Shown in pieces: positions 53,308-63,069 of a stretch of 64,000 bases of DNA. The DNA is from an uncultured Chloroflexota bacterium (GTDB taxonomy: Bacteria; Chloroflexota; Dehalococcoidia; Lucifugimonadales; UBA826): NCBI GenBank assembly GCA_913048525.1, contig CAJWWP010000002.1:12426-76425 (forward strand). Reading direction: 5' to 3'. The notes beneath the pieces are model-generated. The model saw only the letters and a program-made list of their open reading frames with translations. It made no database searches and was not told the origin of the DNA. How positions within the stretch are numbered: the first letter of the stretch is position 1; every line of letters begins with the position of its first letter. Made by a program: the position numbers and the translations under genes.

Positions 53308-54615
53308 CTAATGCATCTGGGCAAATACTGGTTTCAATTTAGATCTTGCCGTGGACTGTTCTGGGCTGTCTTCTGACTCGAATATTGGAAGGTCTTCTTC
53401 CAGATCATTACGTAGATCATAAAGTTGGCCTGTTTCATATAGCTTCCACTCGTTATCCCTGACAAATCTGATCTGTCCGATGTCGTTTCTATCGTTCATG
53501 GGCTCAAAGTGGAAAAACATCCATTCCCTCGGATTCCCAAGTTCACCTCTTAACTGCGGGAGAAAAGATCTTCCATCAATTAAGTAACCTTTTGGGAATT
53601 GAAGACCCGCTACTTCGAAGATAGTGGGTAGGAAATCGGTAGCTTCCACCATATCGACTTGTACCGTACCTGATGGAATTGTTCCTGGCATACTACATAT
53701 GAGAGGTACATGGGTACCTCGGTCGTTTGTTTTTCCTTTGCCTCCACAAATCTCATTGTGGCTGTGAACCATTGAACAAACATCGTGCGGGCTACCATTG
53801 TCGCCTAGGTAAATTATGAGAGTGTCTTCTGATAGATTCTGTTGGGCAAGATAGTCGATAAGTTTCCCTATGACTTTGTCGTGATATTCAACCATGTCTT
53901 TATAAAATTTTGGGTCGTCTTCCCATGATCCATCTTCGAGTTCAGCCCATGTTCTTCCGCCTAAAGAGTGATTTGATGGTGGGTCGAAATCATTCCATTC
54001 TGGGCTGTCGGGAGTGGGTTCGTGGGGTTTATGGGTAGCTGCCATAGGCCAATAGACGAAAAATGGATCGTCTTCGTCCTTGGTTCTGCCGATGAAGTCT
54101 ATTATGTAATCGCAGAATATATCTTCTCCATACTGGCCCGCTGTATCTTCTCTGAATTGCCCGTTTTCATAGATAATCGGATTTTTATATCTTGACCCCT
54201 TTTCTTCAGTCTGATGTGGATGCCATACGCAGAACTCATTGAATCCAGCGTTCTCTATCTTTTGTCCTTTATTTCTCATCTCCGGGACTTCGTTGGGAGG
54301 GTTATAGGAGTAAAGTTGCCATTTGCCGGCTATACATGTGTTGTATCCAGCGTCGGACATCAGGTGTCCAAAAGTAATCTCGTCTGGTGAAATTAGACCG
54401 AACCCAATGTAGTTACGAAAGTTGTATTTTCCTGTCATGAGCGAAATCCGGGTCGGAGTGCAGAGTGGCATTACGTGGGCGTTCTCAAACCTCATGCCGT
54501 CTTCAGCCATTTGGTCTAGTCTGGGTGTTTCATATGAAGTGCCTCCGTTGGCACCTATCACTTCGTATCCCAGGTCATCCGACATAATCAGAATTACATT
54601 GGGTTGATTTTTCAT
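53308..54615 (-). CDS. sulfatase (formylglycine-dependent, Cys type)
   Basis: PNVILIMSDDLG, CTPTR signature, GKWQL, GDNG, VPLI. Confidence 0.9.
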   Translation of the reverse strand: MKNQPNVILIMSDDLGYEVIGANGGTSYETPRLDQMAEDGMRFENAHVMPLCTPTRISLMTGKYNFRNYIGFGLISPDEITFGHLMSDAGYNTCIAGKWQLYSYNPPNEVPEMRNKGQKIENAGFNEFCVWHPHQTEEKGSRYKNPIIYENGQFREDTAGQYGEDIFCDYIIDFIGRTKDEDDPFFVYWPMAATHKPHEPTPDSPEWNDFDPPSNHSLGGRTWAELEDGSWEDDPKFYKDMVEYHDKVIGKLIDYLAQQNLSEDTLIIYLGDNGSPHDVCSMVHSHNEICGGKGKTNDRGTHVPLICSMPGTIPSGTVQVDMVEATDFLPTIFEVAGLQFPKGYLIDGRSFLPQLRGELGNPREWMFFHFEPMNDRNDIGQIRFVRDNEWKLYETGQLYDLRNDLEEDLPIFESEDSPEQSTARSKLKPVFAQMH

Positions 54616-54717
54616 TGTTGCTTAACTCCTCATAAATTTATGATTACAGGCTGAGGCGTTTCTGTTAACGAATCCGATGATTTTACTATTCGGGATCACA
54701 TCTGGAATTCATGTTCC

Positions 54718-56142
54718 TTAATCTTGACCTGAGCCTTCAGAGGTTGATTGTTCGATTACCCGCATGGTTTTCCATTTACCCTCTCTGTACCTGAGAGTGA
54801 ATACGACAGCGAGTCCAATGATGTACACGAGTCCAATGGTCCATGCTGCCTCGAGTCCCCATCCCATCACCTCTAACGCAATAAAGGTTGGTAGGATGAG
54901 CAAAATTAGGGACAGGATGATGATTGTATACATTGTGAATCTGGTGTCTCCAGCACCCTTCAAGGCCGATGAATAGACTATTCCCAATGAGTCTACTAGT
55001 GACCATGCTGCTACGAATTTCATGGCTGTCATTGCATAACCTCTGATCTCCTCAAATTCCGTCGGATCTGCATTGGCAGCGAATGGATATATGAACATGG
55101 AAGGTAATAGTAGATACATGGCTGCAATGCTACCCATGTAAATGAACGCCATTTGGACAGCCGAAGTAGTTGCTCTATCAGCCATATCTTCATTATCTGC
55201 CCCGAGTGATTGACCTACTAGGATAGAAACGGTTATTCCCATTCCTATCATTGGCATGAAAGCCAACATACTGACATTCAAGGCGATGTTGGTTGCAGCT
55301 AGTTGGGCAGAACCTAATCTTCCAACTATGAGGATGAAAGCAGAGAACGCTGCTATGTCTAAGAAAAAGTGGATTCCGTTTGGAAGTCCGTATCTAATCA
55401 ATCGAAGAAACAGATCCTTTTCAAACTTCCAGCCAGAGATAGTTTTGTACTTGGCATTGTTATCTCCCATGAAGGTCATCATTAACAGCAGAGATAGATT
55501 AAACACTTGCGAGATTACTGTTGATAATCCAGCTCCCGAGATGCCCATTTCAGGCAAACCAAAATGTCCAAATATCAATAGATAATTTAGTATCACATTC
55601 AGGCAAGTCGCGAGCAAGCTTGCCCACATCACCGGGTATGTTTTCCCTCGTCCGTTAAAAAAAGAAGAAACGGAGGCCATGCATATTGGGAAAAACCCTC
55701 CGATTGTAAGATAACGCCAATACTTAGTTTCGAGTTCCCTCACTGATTCTTCGTGCCCTATAAATTGGAAGATCGGTTCTGCGAAGAACATTGCAATGAA
55801 AGTTACGATTCCGCCTATAAGTGAGAAATAGATACCCTGCCACATTGCGGGGCCTACTCTGTTATGCCTTCCTGCTCCGGTGTATTGTGCAACGAATGTG
55901 CTCGCATAACCGGCGGTGCCAATAAAAAAACTGACGATTGTGAAACTTAATATTCCAGTTGGCATTGCGGCTGCCAAGGCATCTGAGGAGTACCAGGATA
56001 GGAACATACGGTCTACAAATTGTTGGATTGACCAAGATCCGGTGCTGAGTATGAGTGGGAATGCTATTAGTAGCACCGGTCGATATCCGTTAGGCCTTGA
56101 CCAACGGTTTGCTAGCGAATGTCTCGCTGCCGATATTGTCAC
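54718..56142 (-). CDS. MATE family efflux transporter
   Basis: FVDRMFL, VAQYTGAG, NYLLIFG..GLPEMGISGAG, LKGAGDT. Confidence 0.9.
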   Translation of the reverse strand: MTISAARHSLANRWSRPNGYRPVLLIAFPLILSTGSWSIQQFVDRMFLSWYSSDALAAAMPTGILSFTIVSFFIGTAGYASTFVAQYTGAGRHNRVGPAMWQGIYFSLIGGIVTFIAMFFAEPIFQFIGHEESVRELETKYWRYLTIGGFFPICMASVSSFFNGRGKTYPVMWASLLATCLNVILNYLLIFGHFGLPEMGISGAGLSTVISQVFNLSLLLMMTFMGDNNAKYKTISGWKFEKDLFLRLIRYGLPNGIHFFLDIAAFSAFILIVGRLGSAQLAATNIALNVSMLAFMPMIGMGITVSILVGQSLGADNEDMADRATTSAVQMAFIYMGSIAAMYLLLPSMFIYPFAANADPTEFEEIRGYAMTAMKFVAAWSLVDSLGIVYSSALKGAGDTRFTMYTIIILSLILLILPTFIALEVMGWGLEAAWTIGLVYIIGLAVVFTLRYREGKWKTMRVIEQSTSEGSGQD

Positions 56143-56440
56143 TAATCGCTCCTACATTGATTTGTCATTTTTGGCGTTGATAGGCCGGCCTTATCGCATG
56201 TTTGATTACGTTGTCCTTATGGGCAATATAATTTTAAGGGGGAAAGGTCGATTAGGGAACTGGAAAGGTTTCTCCTTTACCTGAACCTTTTCTTAACTTT
56301 CATTCAAGGGTTTGGCTATTTATTGTCACTTGTGACGCTACAAATACTGCACGGAACCATCCCCTGTTAAGATTAGTGGAGGAAGTAAAGATCCGTGAAC
56401 CTCAGTAAAACTTATTTTCGGGTGTCTCCAGGAGCGTGGC

Positions 56441-57457
56441 TTGCGTCAAATTATGTTTATGACTTTAGCGGCAAGTGACAAGGTGTCCTGCTGGGAGATT
56501 GATGGTTCCACAGGAGAGTTGGCATTTCTTTCTGATGCTGAAATTGAGGGGAGGCCAGCGCCTCTAGCCCTAGACCCGGAGAAATCGATTCTCTATGTTG
56601 GAAGACGAGATATTCCCCGGGTTTCGTCCTATAGATTTAACCCTGCTGACGGCTCTCTAAAACATCTCTCTGATGGCCCAGTTCTTCAAGGTGATCCTTG
56701 CTATATTTCCCTGGATAGGACTCACCAGTATCTACTTGCTGCTTATTATCTCGCGGGAGCAGTAAGTGTTCATGAAGTTGGGGAAGGATCGTTTCAAGGG
56801 AGAAGTGATTGGATTCCGACAGGCACCGGGGCTCACTGCGTATATACAGATGCAAGCAATAGCTTAGCTATGATTCCTCACATAGCAGGCGAAAATGGGC
56901 TGAATGCTATTCGCTTATTTAGATTTTCGGAGGAGACAGGAGAGTTGACTCAGTCAGAGACTTTTGAGTGCGCACAGCCGGACAACAGAGGCCCTCGTCA
57001 CTATGCAATACATCCGAACGGGAAATTTGCTTTTTTTTCCAACGAACAAGATTGTAGTGTGACTTCTTATGGAATTGATATCGAATCAGCTTCTTTAAGG
57101 GAAATTCAAACAGAATCTACCCTTCCCATGCATTACGGTGGTGTAAATACTTGTGCCCAGATACGTCTCACACCTGACGGGAGTTTTCTTTATGCACCGA
57201 ACCGTGGGCATAATTCGGTGGCGGCATTTTCGGTTGATGCCGAGACCGGAAAAATGAGGCAAGTTGGTAGGTTTCCCACAGAAGCTGTACCAAGGGTTTT
57301 AGACATAGATAAGACGGGAAAATTTCTCTATTCGGCTGGATTGGAGTCAGGCCATGTTTCGGCTTTTACTATAGAGGCTGATGGCTCACTTGAATTGATA
57401 TCTCGCTATGAAGTTGGAAAAGAGCCTATGTGGTTACTTATACATGCTCTTGACTGA
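56441..57457 (+). CDS. lactonase of the 6-phosphogluconolactonase (Pgl/YbhE) beta-propeller family
   Basis: AHCV, GPRH, FSNE, YAPNRGHNSVA, PR; GGAG SD before TTG. Confidence 0.87.
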   Translation: MRQIMFMTLAASDKVSCWEIDGSTGELAFLSDAEIEGRPAPLALDPEKSILYVGRRDIPRVSSYRFNPADGSLKHLSDGPVLQGDPCYISLDRTHQYLLAAYYLAGAVSVHEVGEGSFQGRSDWIPTGTGAHCVYTDASNSLAMIPHIAGENGLNAIRLFRFSEETGELTQSETFECAQPDNRGPRHYAIHPNGKFAFFSNEQDCSVTSYGIDIESASLREIQTESTLPMHYGGVNTCAQIRLTPDGSFLYAPNRGHNSVAAFSVDAETGKMRQVGRFPTEAVPRVLDIDKTGKFLYSAGLESGHVSAFTIEADGSLELISRYEVGKEPMWLLIHALD

Positions 57458-57472
57458 TATATAGAAGTCCCA

Positions 57473-57949
57473 GTGGCTGCTATTAAAATAACCTTTAATC
57501 TCAACGGAAGAGACCGTTGTGTTGAAGCAGATACCCGGTGGACGCTCCTATATTTGCTTCGAGAAGAATTTGGTCTTACCGGCACCAAGCGAGGCTGCGA
57601 TATGGGTGAGTGTGGGGCCTGTACGGTTTTACTTGACGGGTTGCCAATAAATGCCTGTCAAGTTTTGGTGGTTTCCATTTCCGAGTGCAGGGTAACGACG
57701 ATAGAAAGCCTATCTAGCAACGGGAATCTCCATCCTTTGCAAGTTGCTTTTCTTGAAAATGATGGGGCCCAATGTGGCTTTTGTACTCCAGGTTTCATAA
57801 TGAGTGCTATTCCTTTAATGGAAATAGATACACCAATCACTAGAGATCAAATATCAGATGCATTGGGGGGTAATCTGTGCCGCTGCAATGCTTACGGAGC
57901 TATTCTGGACTCAGTACATGCTGCGATTGATGGGAAATCCCATGTCTGA
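57473..57949 (+). CDS. xanthine dehydrogenase-family 2Fe-2S subunit
   Basis: GTKRGCDMGECGACTV, QCGFCTPG, NLCRC; no Tat leader. Confidence 0.92.
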   Translation: MAAIKITFNLNGRDRCVEADTRWTLLYLLREEFGLTGTKRGCDMGECGACTVLLDGLPINACQVLVVSISECRVTTIESLSSNGNLHPLQVAFLENDGAQCGFCTPGFIMSAIPLMEIDTPITRDQISDALGGNLCRCNAYGAILDSVHAAIDGKSHV

Positions 57950-60200
57950 AAACTTAGGATGGGTGGGTACCTCTCCTCCACGGCGAGATCTAAGAGATAA
58001 AGTAACCGGAAGAGCTGAATACGCTGCTGACATCAGCTTCGATAACATGTTATATGCCAAGGTTTTGAGGAGCCCTCACCCCCACGCAAGGATTTTGTTG
58101 GTAGATACGCTTGAAGCATGTATGTTGCCAGGAGTGAAGGCTATCGTAACGCCCTTTGATATACCTGATGGTCGTGTAGCACCGGACGTATCTATTCTTG
58201 ATCAGAAGGTACGGTTTGTGGGGGATGAAGTGGCTGTTGTTGCAGCTGATAACCCTTTTACAGCAGAGCTCGCTTTGAAACTAATCAAGGTTTCATATGA
58301 TGTTTTGTCTTTTTCCAGTACAACCGATGAAGCTTTATCTGATAGTGCTGAGCCGATTCACGAAGATGGAAATCTCATAAACAACGAGCCTCTAGTCGAA
58401 CAGCGAGGCAACATTAAGGAAGGTTTTGCCGAAGCAGATCTCATAGTGGAGGAATCGTTCACGACCCCAGCTCATAGTCCTGCGCCGCTGGAACCCAGAA
58501 CGGCATTGGCCAAATGGGATGGTTCCAAATTAACTGTATGGAAATCAAGCAGAGGAATACATGCCGATAAAACCGCTTTATCTCAGGCACTAGGACTTCC
58601 AGCTGAATCTGTGCGAGTTATTGGCCCCCATATGGGCGCCGGGTATGGTGGGAAGGATGAGACCCGGACAGCTGCATTGGCTTCCATACTTTCAATGAGG
58701 ACTCAGGCGCCCGTGCGGTTGGAGCTTTCCCGTGAGGAGGAATTTGTCGCTGGGCGTCGTCGCCATTCGACACAGACCACACTCCGTATGGGATTAAAAA
58801 AAGATGGAGAAATCACTGCTATTCATGCGAAAACCGTGATGGATACAGGGGCTTATTTGTCATCTGGACCAGGGGTGGTTAGGCGTGCTGGACAAGGTGC
58901 TTTATACCTTTATCGTTGCCCAAATGTTAGGTATGAAGGATATCTTGTTTACACTAACACTCCCACAGCAGGTTCTTACCGTGCCTTGGGGGCACCGCAA
59001 GGTCATTACGCTCTAGAGTGTGTAGCTGATTTGGCCGCAGAGTCCTTGGGGATAGATTCACTTGAATTTAGAAGAAAAAATCACGTGACTATAGAAGGTC
59101 AACCAGGTGAGAGAATTACCCCGGTCAACCAAATAGTTGACACTCAGCCATCAGAAGGGGGCATTCCTTTTTCCAGTAATGGTCTCTCTGAATGTTTGGA
59201 GCTTGGGGCAGATAGGATAGGTTGGGGCCAACCTGTAGAGAGGATTGATAAATCGGCTAGCAGATCGATCAAACGGGGTAGAGGAATGTCAATGTTTATT
59301 TACAGAGGTGGCCCTGGGGGAAAATCACATGCCTCAATTGCCCTAACAAAGGATTCATCGTATTCACTTTCTACAGGGGTTATGGATGTCGGAGAGGGTA
59401 GCGCCACGGTTCTTAGCCAAATCGCTTCTCAGGTCCTTTCCATTCCATATGATGCCATTGATTTAGTGATGGGAGATACGGATATAACTCCAGAGGCTAG
59501 TATTACAGCGGGATCTTCCGTTACTTTCTCATCTGGTCTGGCGGTGAAAAATGCTGCAGAAATGCTTCGAGACAAAATCCTATATCAGGCCTCTCTATTT
59601 CTGGGGGAGCCTCAACATGTCTTAAGTTTACAGGGCTCCGAGGTGACGTCCGATTCGGGAGCCTTGCTGTCTATATCTGATCTTGTTGAGCATAGTGGAC
59701 CCATCAGTGCTGAGGCTACGATAGTTCCGGGTAGTCCGGATTATGTGATTAACTCTTTCGGTGCTCATTTTGTGGAAGTGGAGGTAGATGTTGAAACGGG
59801 AAAAGTGAATATCTCCCGCTATGTTGCGGCACATGATGCAGGTACGGTTATCAATCCCAAGATGGCTGAAAACCAAGTCAGAGGTGGTGTGTCTCAAATG
59901 ATGGGATTTACCTTTTTGGAAGATATGGAAACTGACCCTGGCACTGGAATAGTTGTCAACAGCAATTTTCTGGATCACAAAAGCCCAACTATTTTGGATT
60001 TTCCGGATATTGACGTCATTTTTGCAGACATAATTGACCCTATCGGTCCTTTTGGTGCTAAATCCCTAGGTGAACCACCCTGTATTGGTCCTGCACCTAC
60101 GATTGCAAACGCCATTTATGACGCCGTTGGAATAAGAATTACAGATCTACCCATAACTCCCCACAAATTGCTTGCTGCTATCAAAAGCCATAAGGCCTAA
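57942..60200 (+). CDS. xanthine dehydrogenase-family molybdopterin-binding subunit
   Basis: KVTGRAEY, RSPHPHA, GAGYGGK, YRALG, DAGTVINP, GAKSLGEP; ATG at 57942 overlaps the upstream stop. Confidence 0.92.
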   Translation: MSENLGWVGTSPPRRDLRDKVTGRAEYAADISFDNMLYAKVLRSPHPHARILLVDTLEACMLPGVKAIVTPFDIPDGRVAPDVSILDQKVRFVGDEVAVVAADNPFTAELALKLIKVSYDVLSFSSTTDEALSDSAEPIHEDGNLINNEPLVEQRGNIKEGFAEADLIVEESFTTPAHSPAPLEPRTALAKWDGSKLTVWKSSRGIHADKTALSQALGLPAESVRVIGPHMGAGYGGKDETRTAALASILSMRTQAPVRLELSREEEFVAGRRRHSTQTTLRMGLKKDGEITAIHAKTVMDTGAYLSSGPGVVRRAGQGALYLYRCPNVRYEGYLVYTNTPTAGSYRALGAPQGHYALECVADLAAESLGIDSLEFRRKNHVTIEGQPGERITPVNQIVDTQPSEGGIPFSSNGLSECLELGADRIGWGQPVERIDKSASRSIKRGRGMSMFIYRGGPGGKSHASIALTKDSSYSLSTGVMDVGEGSATVLSQIASQVLSIPYDAIDLVMGDTDITPEASITAGSSVTFSSGLAVKNAAEMLRDKILYQASLFLGEPQHVLSLQGSEVTSDSGALLSISDLVEHSGPISAEATIVPGSPDYVINSFGAHFVEVEVDVETGKVNISRYVAAHDAGTVINPKMAENQVRGGVSQMMGFTFLEDMETDPGTGIVVNSNFLDHKSPTILDFPDIDVIFADIIDPIGPFGAKSLGEPPCIGPAPTIANAIYDAVGIRITDLPITPHKLLAAIKSHKA

Positions 60201-60206
60201 TTTCTT

Positions 60207-61205
60207 ATGGACTCCTTTGAGTATCACAGCCCCAAAACACGAGAGAAGGCATCTTTTTTGCTAACTTCTACTCCTCGGTCTCATATTGTTTCAGGAGGCA
60301 CCGATCTTTTGGGTGAGATGAAGCAGGGAGTGGTACATTCCGAGTCACTGGTAAGTCTGGCCAATGTGAATGGGTTAAAAGATATTCAAAATAATGGGAA
60401 TATATGTATTTTGGGTTCCATGGTGACGCTGGCGGAAATTGTTTCTAATGAGTACCTGACCTCAAGTTTTCCAGCATTAGTAAAGGCCGCAGCGTCGGTA
60501 GCCACCCCCCAAATTAGGTCTATCGGGACTCTGGGTGGGAATCTGTGCCAAAGACCTAGGTGCTGGTATTACCGGAATCCCCTATTCGATTGTTTGAAAA
60601 AGGGAGGATACAAGTGCTTTGCAGTGGGTGGACTGGATAAATATCACTCCGTCATTGGAGGTGAAAGATGCTGGATTGTCCATCCTTCAGATATCGCTGT
60701 AGCTCTTACAGCTTTGGACGCCAAAGTAAAAATATTTGGTCCTGCTGGAAGCAAAACTATAGAAATAGATGATTTTTTTGCTGGTCCAGAAATTGATATT
60801 CACAGAGAAAATATTTTGGGAGAAGGGGAATTTGTTTCCTATATTGAAATAAACTGTGAAGAAGAATCGTCCTCTAGCACTTTCTTAAAGTTCAAAGAAA
60901 GACAATCAATGGACTTCGCTCTAGCTAGTGCAGCAGTATCAATTTCATTAACCGGAAGGGAAATTTATCGTGTCGGAGTTGCTGTGGGTGGGATCGCACC
61001 AATTCCTTGGCGTCTTCCGGAGATTGAAGAATACATGCTTGGTATGAATATAGAGGACGCGAAACATTCGGACCAATTGCTATCCAAGGTTGATAGTTCA
61101 CTAAGAGATGCCAAACCCATGTCAGAAAATAATGCCTATAAGATAGACTTGGCTATTTCTTATCTCAAAAGGGCTATGGACCGGGTTTTTCAAGACTTGT
61201 GTTGA
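60207..61205 (+). CDS. xanthine dehydrogenase-family FAD subunit with a 4Fe-4S insertion (PaoB/YagS-like)
   Basis: SGGTDL, ATPQIRSIGTLGGNLCQRPRCWYYR..C..C, HPSD. Confidence 0.9.
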   Translation: MDSFEYHSPKTREKASFLLTSTPRSHIVSGGTDLLGEMKQGVVHSESLVSLANVNGLKDIQNNGNICILGSMVTLAEIVSNEYLTSSFPALVKAAASVATPQIRSIGTLGGNLCQRPRCWYYRNPLFDCLKKGGYKCFAVGGLDKYHSVIGGERCWIVHPSDIAVALTALDAKVKIFGPAGSKTIEIDDFFAGPEIDIHRENILGEGEFVSYIEINCEEESSSSTFLKFKERQSMDFALASAAVSISLTGREIYRVGVAVGGIAPIPWRLPEIEEYMLGMNIEDAKHSDQLLSKVDSSLRDAKPMSENNAYKIDLAISYLKRAMDRVFQDLC

Positions 61206-61244
61206 CAGTGTCGATTGAGTCTTATCAAATTTCCTCTAATTTAA

Positions 61245-62063
61245 ATGCAGGTAAAGAGAATGCAGAAATACGAGAAATTATCTTTCAAGAAGATTAATTA
61301 CACAGGGGTCATAACTTTTAGGCGTGGAGAAGTTATGAATGCACTCAACCGTGAAATCACCCTCGAGTTTCATTCCCTTCTGGAAAAGTTACCCGAAATG
61401 TTTCCGGAGATAAGAGTAGTTGTTATTACAGGAGAAGGGAGAGGATTCTGCTCCGGAGCAGATCTTTCCCGTATGGCTTCTCAGGGATCAGAGAATCGAA
61501 AACTACCAGGGGACTCCTCTGGACAAAGTGGAAACAGAATACAGGAGCTTGCATCCAGTATTCGTCGTATTCCACAACCTGTAATAGCGGCTGTTAATGG
61601 GGCTGCTGTAGGAGCTGGGTTTTCTATTGCTTTGGCATGCGACATTAGGATCGCTTCAGAAGAAGCGAAGTTTTCGGCCATTTTTGTTCGCCGAGGGCTT
61701 GTACCCGATACAGCGGTGTCTTCCACCCTGTCAGAAATAGCTGGACATTCTGTCGCAGCCGAAATGTGTCTCACAGGAAGAATTTATGACGCCGAATGGG
61801 CAAAGTCGCACGGGTTGGTTAATCACATTGTTAAACCACAATTTTTGATGTCAGAGGCTCTTAAATTTGCTGAGGATATTTCTTCCAATCCTCCGTTAGC
61901 TGTAAGAAATACAAAACAACTGCTCAGATCTGGATATCGGGATTGGGTCGATACTGTCTCCGATGAAGATCATTACGGCTCACCCCTTTACGATACTTAT
62001 GATCAGAAGGAGGCTGTTGAAGCTTTCTTAGAAAAACGCGATCCTATTTATAGAGGGGACTAA
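61245..62063 (+). CDS. enoyl-CoA hydratase/isomerase family protein
   Basis: FCSGADL, PVIAAVNGAAVGAG, ACDIRIA, GLVPD, AFLEKR. Confidence 0.9.
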   Translation: MQVKRMQKYEKLSFKKINYTGVITFRRGEVMNALNREITLEFHSLLEKLPEMFPEIRVVVITGEGRGFCSGADLSRMASQGSENRKLPGDSSGQSGNRIQELASSIRRIPQPVIAAVNGAAVGAGFSIALACDIRIASEEAKFSAIFVRRGLVPDTAVSSTLSEIAGHSVAAEMCLTGRIYDAEWAKSHGLVNHIVKPQFLMSEALKFAEDISSNPPLAVRNTKQLLRSGYRDWVDTVSDEDHYGSPLYDTYDQKEAVEAFLEKRDPIYRGD

Positions 62064-62090
62064 GTATAGAAATACCTATCTTTGTTCTTG

Positions 62091-62930
62091 TTAACGTTCT
62101 TGACCTAAAGCACATACGTTCGATGTCCCAAATCTGCCCTCTTTATCATAGAGTGTAATTGTTCCTACGGAAACGCCTGAGTCAGCGCCGTGGTAAAAAG
62201 AATCTGTTCCAATCCACATGCCTACTGGGTCACGGTGAAGATATAAACAGACATCTGCGTTAATGTAATTTAGACCATTTGTTCCTGAATTCGCACCCGG
62301 ATTAGCAAAATCTGCTACTTGAGCCACTTTGACTAATTGGCTTGGCATAACGCCAGAGACTAAATTATGAGTTTCACGTATCCAGAGCCGTTTGAGTGGC
62401 AGAAAATTTTCTTTGGTGCTTACCTCTGGTGAAACAGAATGCCATATGGAGTTTGACTGGGGATCATTTTCTGAAGGATATGGCAAATCTTCGCTTGGCG
62501 GGTTAATTTCCCATTCAGGAGGAGTCCAAATATTCCCGGGCGGATTTTTTGATCTTCGGAGAATAACCGCACTTGAACGGGCTATCTCTACTTGGCCTCT
62601 ATTTGGCACATTAGCCTCAATTTTCACTTCTACGACCTTGATACGTCTCCCAGATCTAACTACCTCATTTCTTACAGTCAAAGCAGACATTGGTGCAGGT
62701 CTGAACATGTCTACTGTTAACCGGGCTAGTTGAAGATTGTCTTTGTCAGATTCTGGAATATGGAATCTTTCTACTTCGTAAGCTGCTAGACCAGAAATGA
62801 CCCTCCCGTGGAGGGTAGTGGGGTCCCAAGGTCCCTTCGATTGAGGAGTAGGGTGAAAAACGGAAGGGTTTGAATTATCGATTTCAAAAAAAGATTTAGG
62901 GAAAACTTTGGAATTCATATTGTGATGCAC
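62091..62930 (-). CDS. thioesterase family (double hot-dog) protein
   Basis: GPWD..LHG, ARLTVDMFRPAP, GRRI, ADF, YINAD..LHRDP. Confidence 0.8.
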   Translation of the reverse strand: MHHNMNSKVFPKSFFEIDNSNPSVFHPTPQSKGPWDPTTLHGRVISGLAAYEVERFHIPESDKDNLQLARLTVDMFRPAPMSALTVRNEVVRSGRRIKVVEVKIEANVPNRGQVEIARSSAVILRRSKNPPGNIWTPPEWEINPPSEDLPYPSENDPQSNSIWHSVSPEVSTKENFLPLKRLWIRETHNLVSGVMPSQLVKVAQVADFANPGANSGTNGLNYINADVCLYLHRDPVGMWIGTDSFYHGADSGVSVGTITLYDKEGRFGTSNVCALGQER

Positions 62931-63069
62931 TCTTGGCAGATTATTATATTGCCTGCCACCTCTCCGAAATTTGAAGTCCGTGGGTGATTATGGATAATCG
63001 TAGATGTAGTAGTTAAGGATATATCACTGGGTGCCTTTAATGGCCACAAATTATGAAGAAGGATCGAAT

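Noticed and set aside
56221-56440. Moco riboswitch call upstream of the molybdoenzyme operon
   Set aside because: GGAAAGG-like words are present but the overall consensus architecture could not be matched by eye; kept only as an unassigned structure.
61200-61244. Readthrough of the C-terminal Cys-TGA of the FAD subunit
   Set aside because: The protein is already full length and there is no SECIS-like hairpin or UGUGC at +20.
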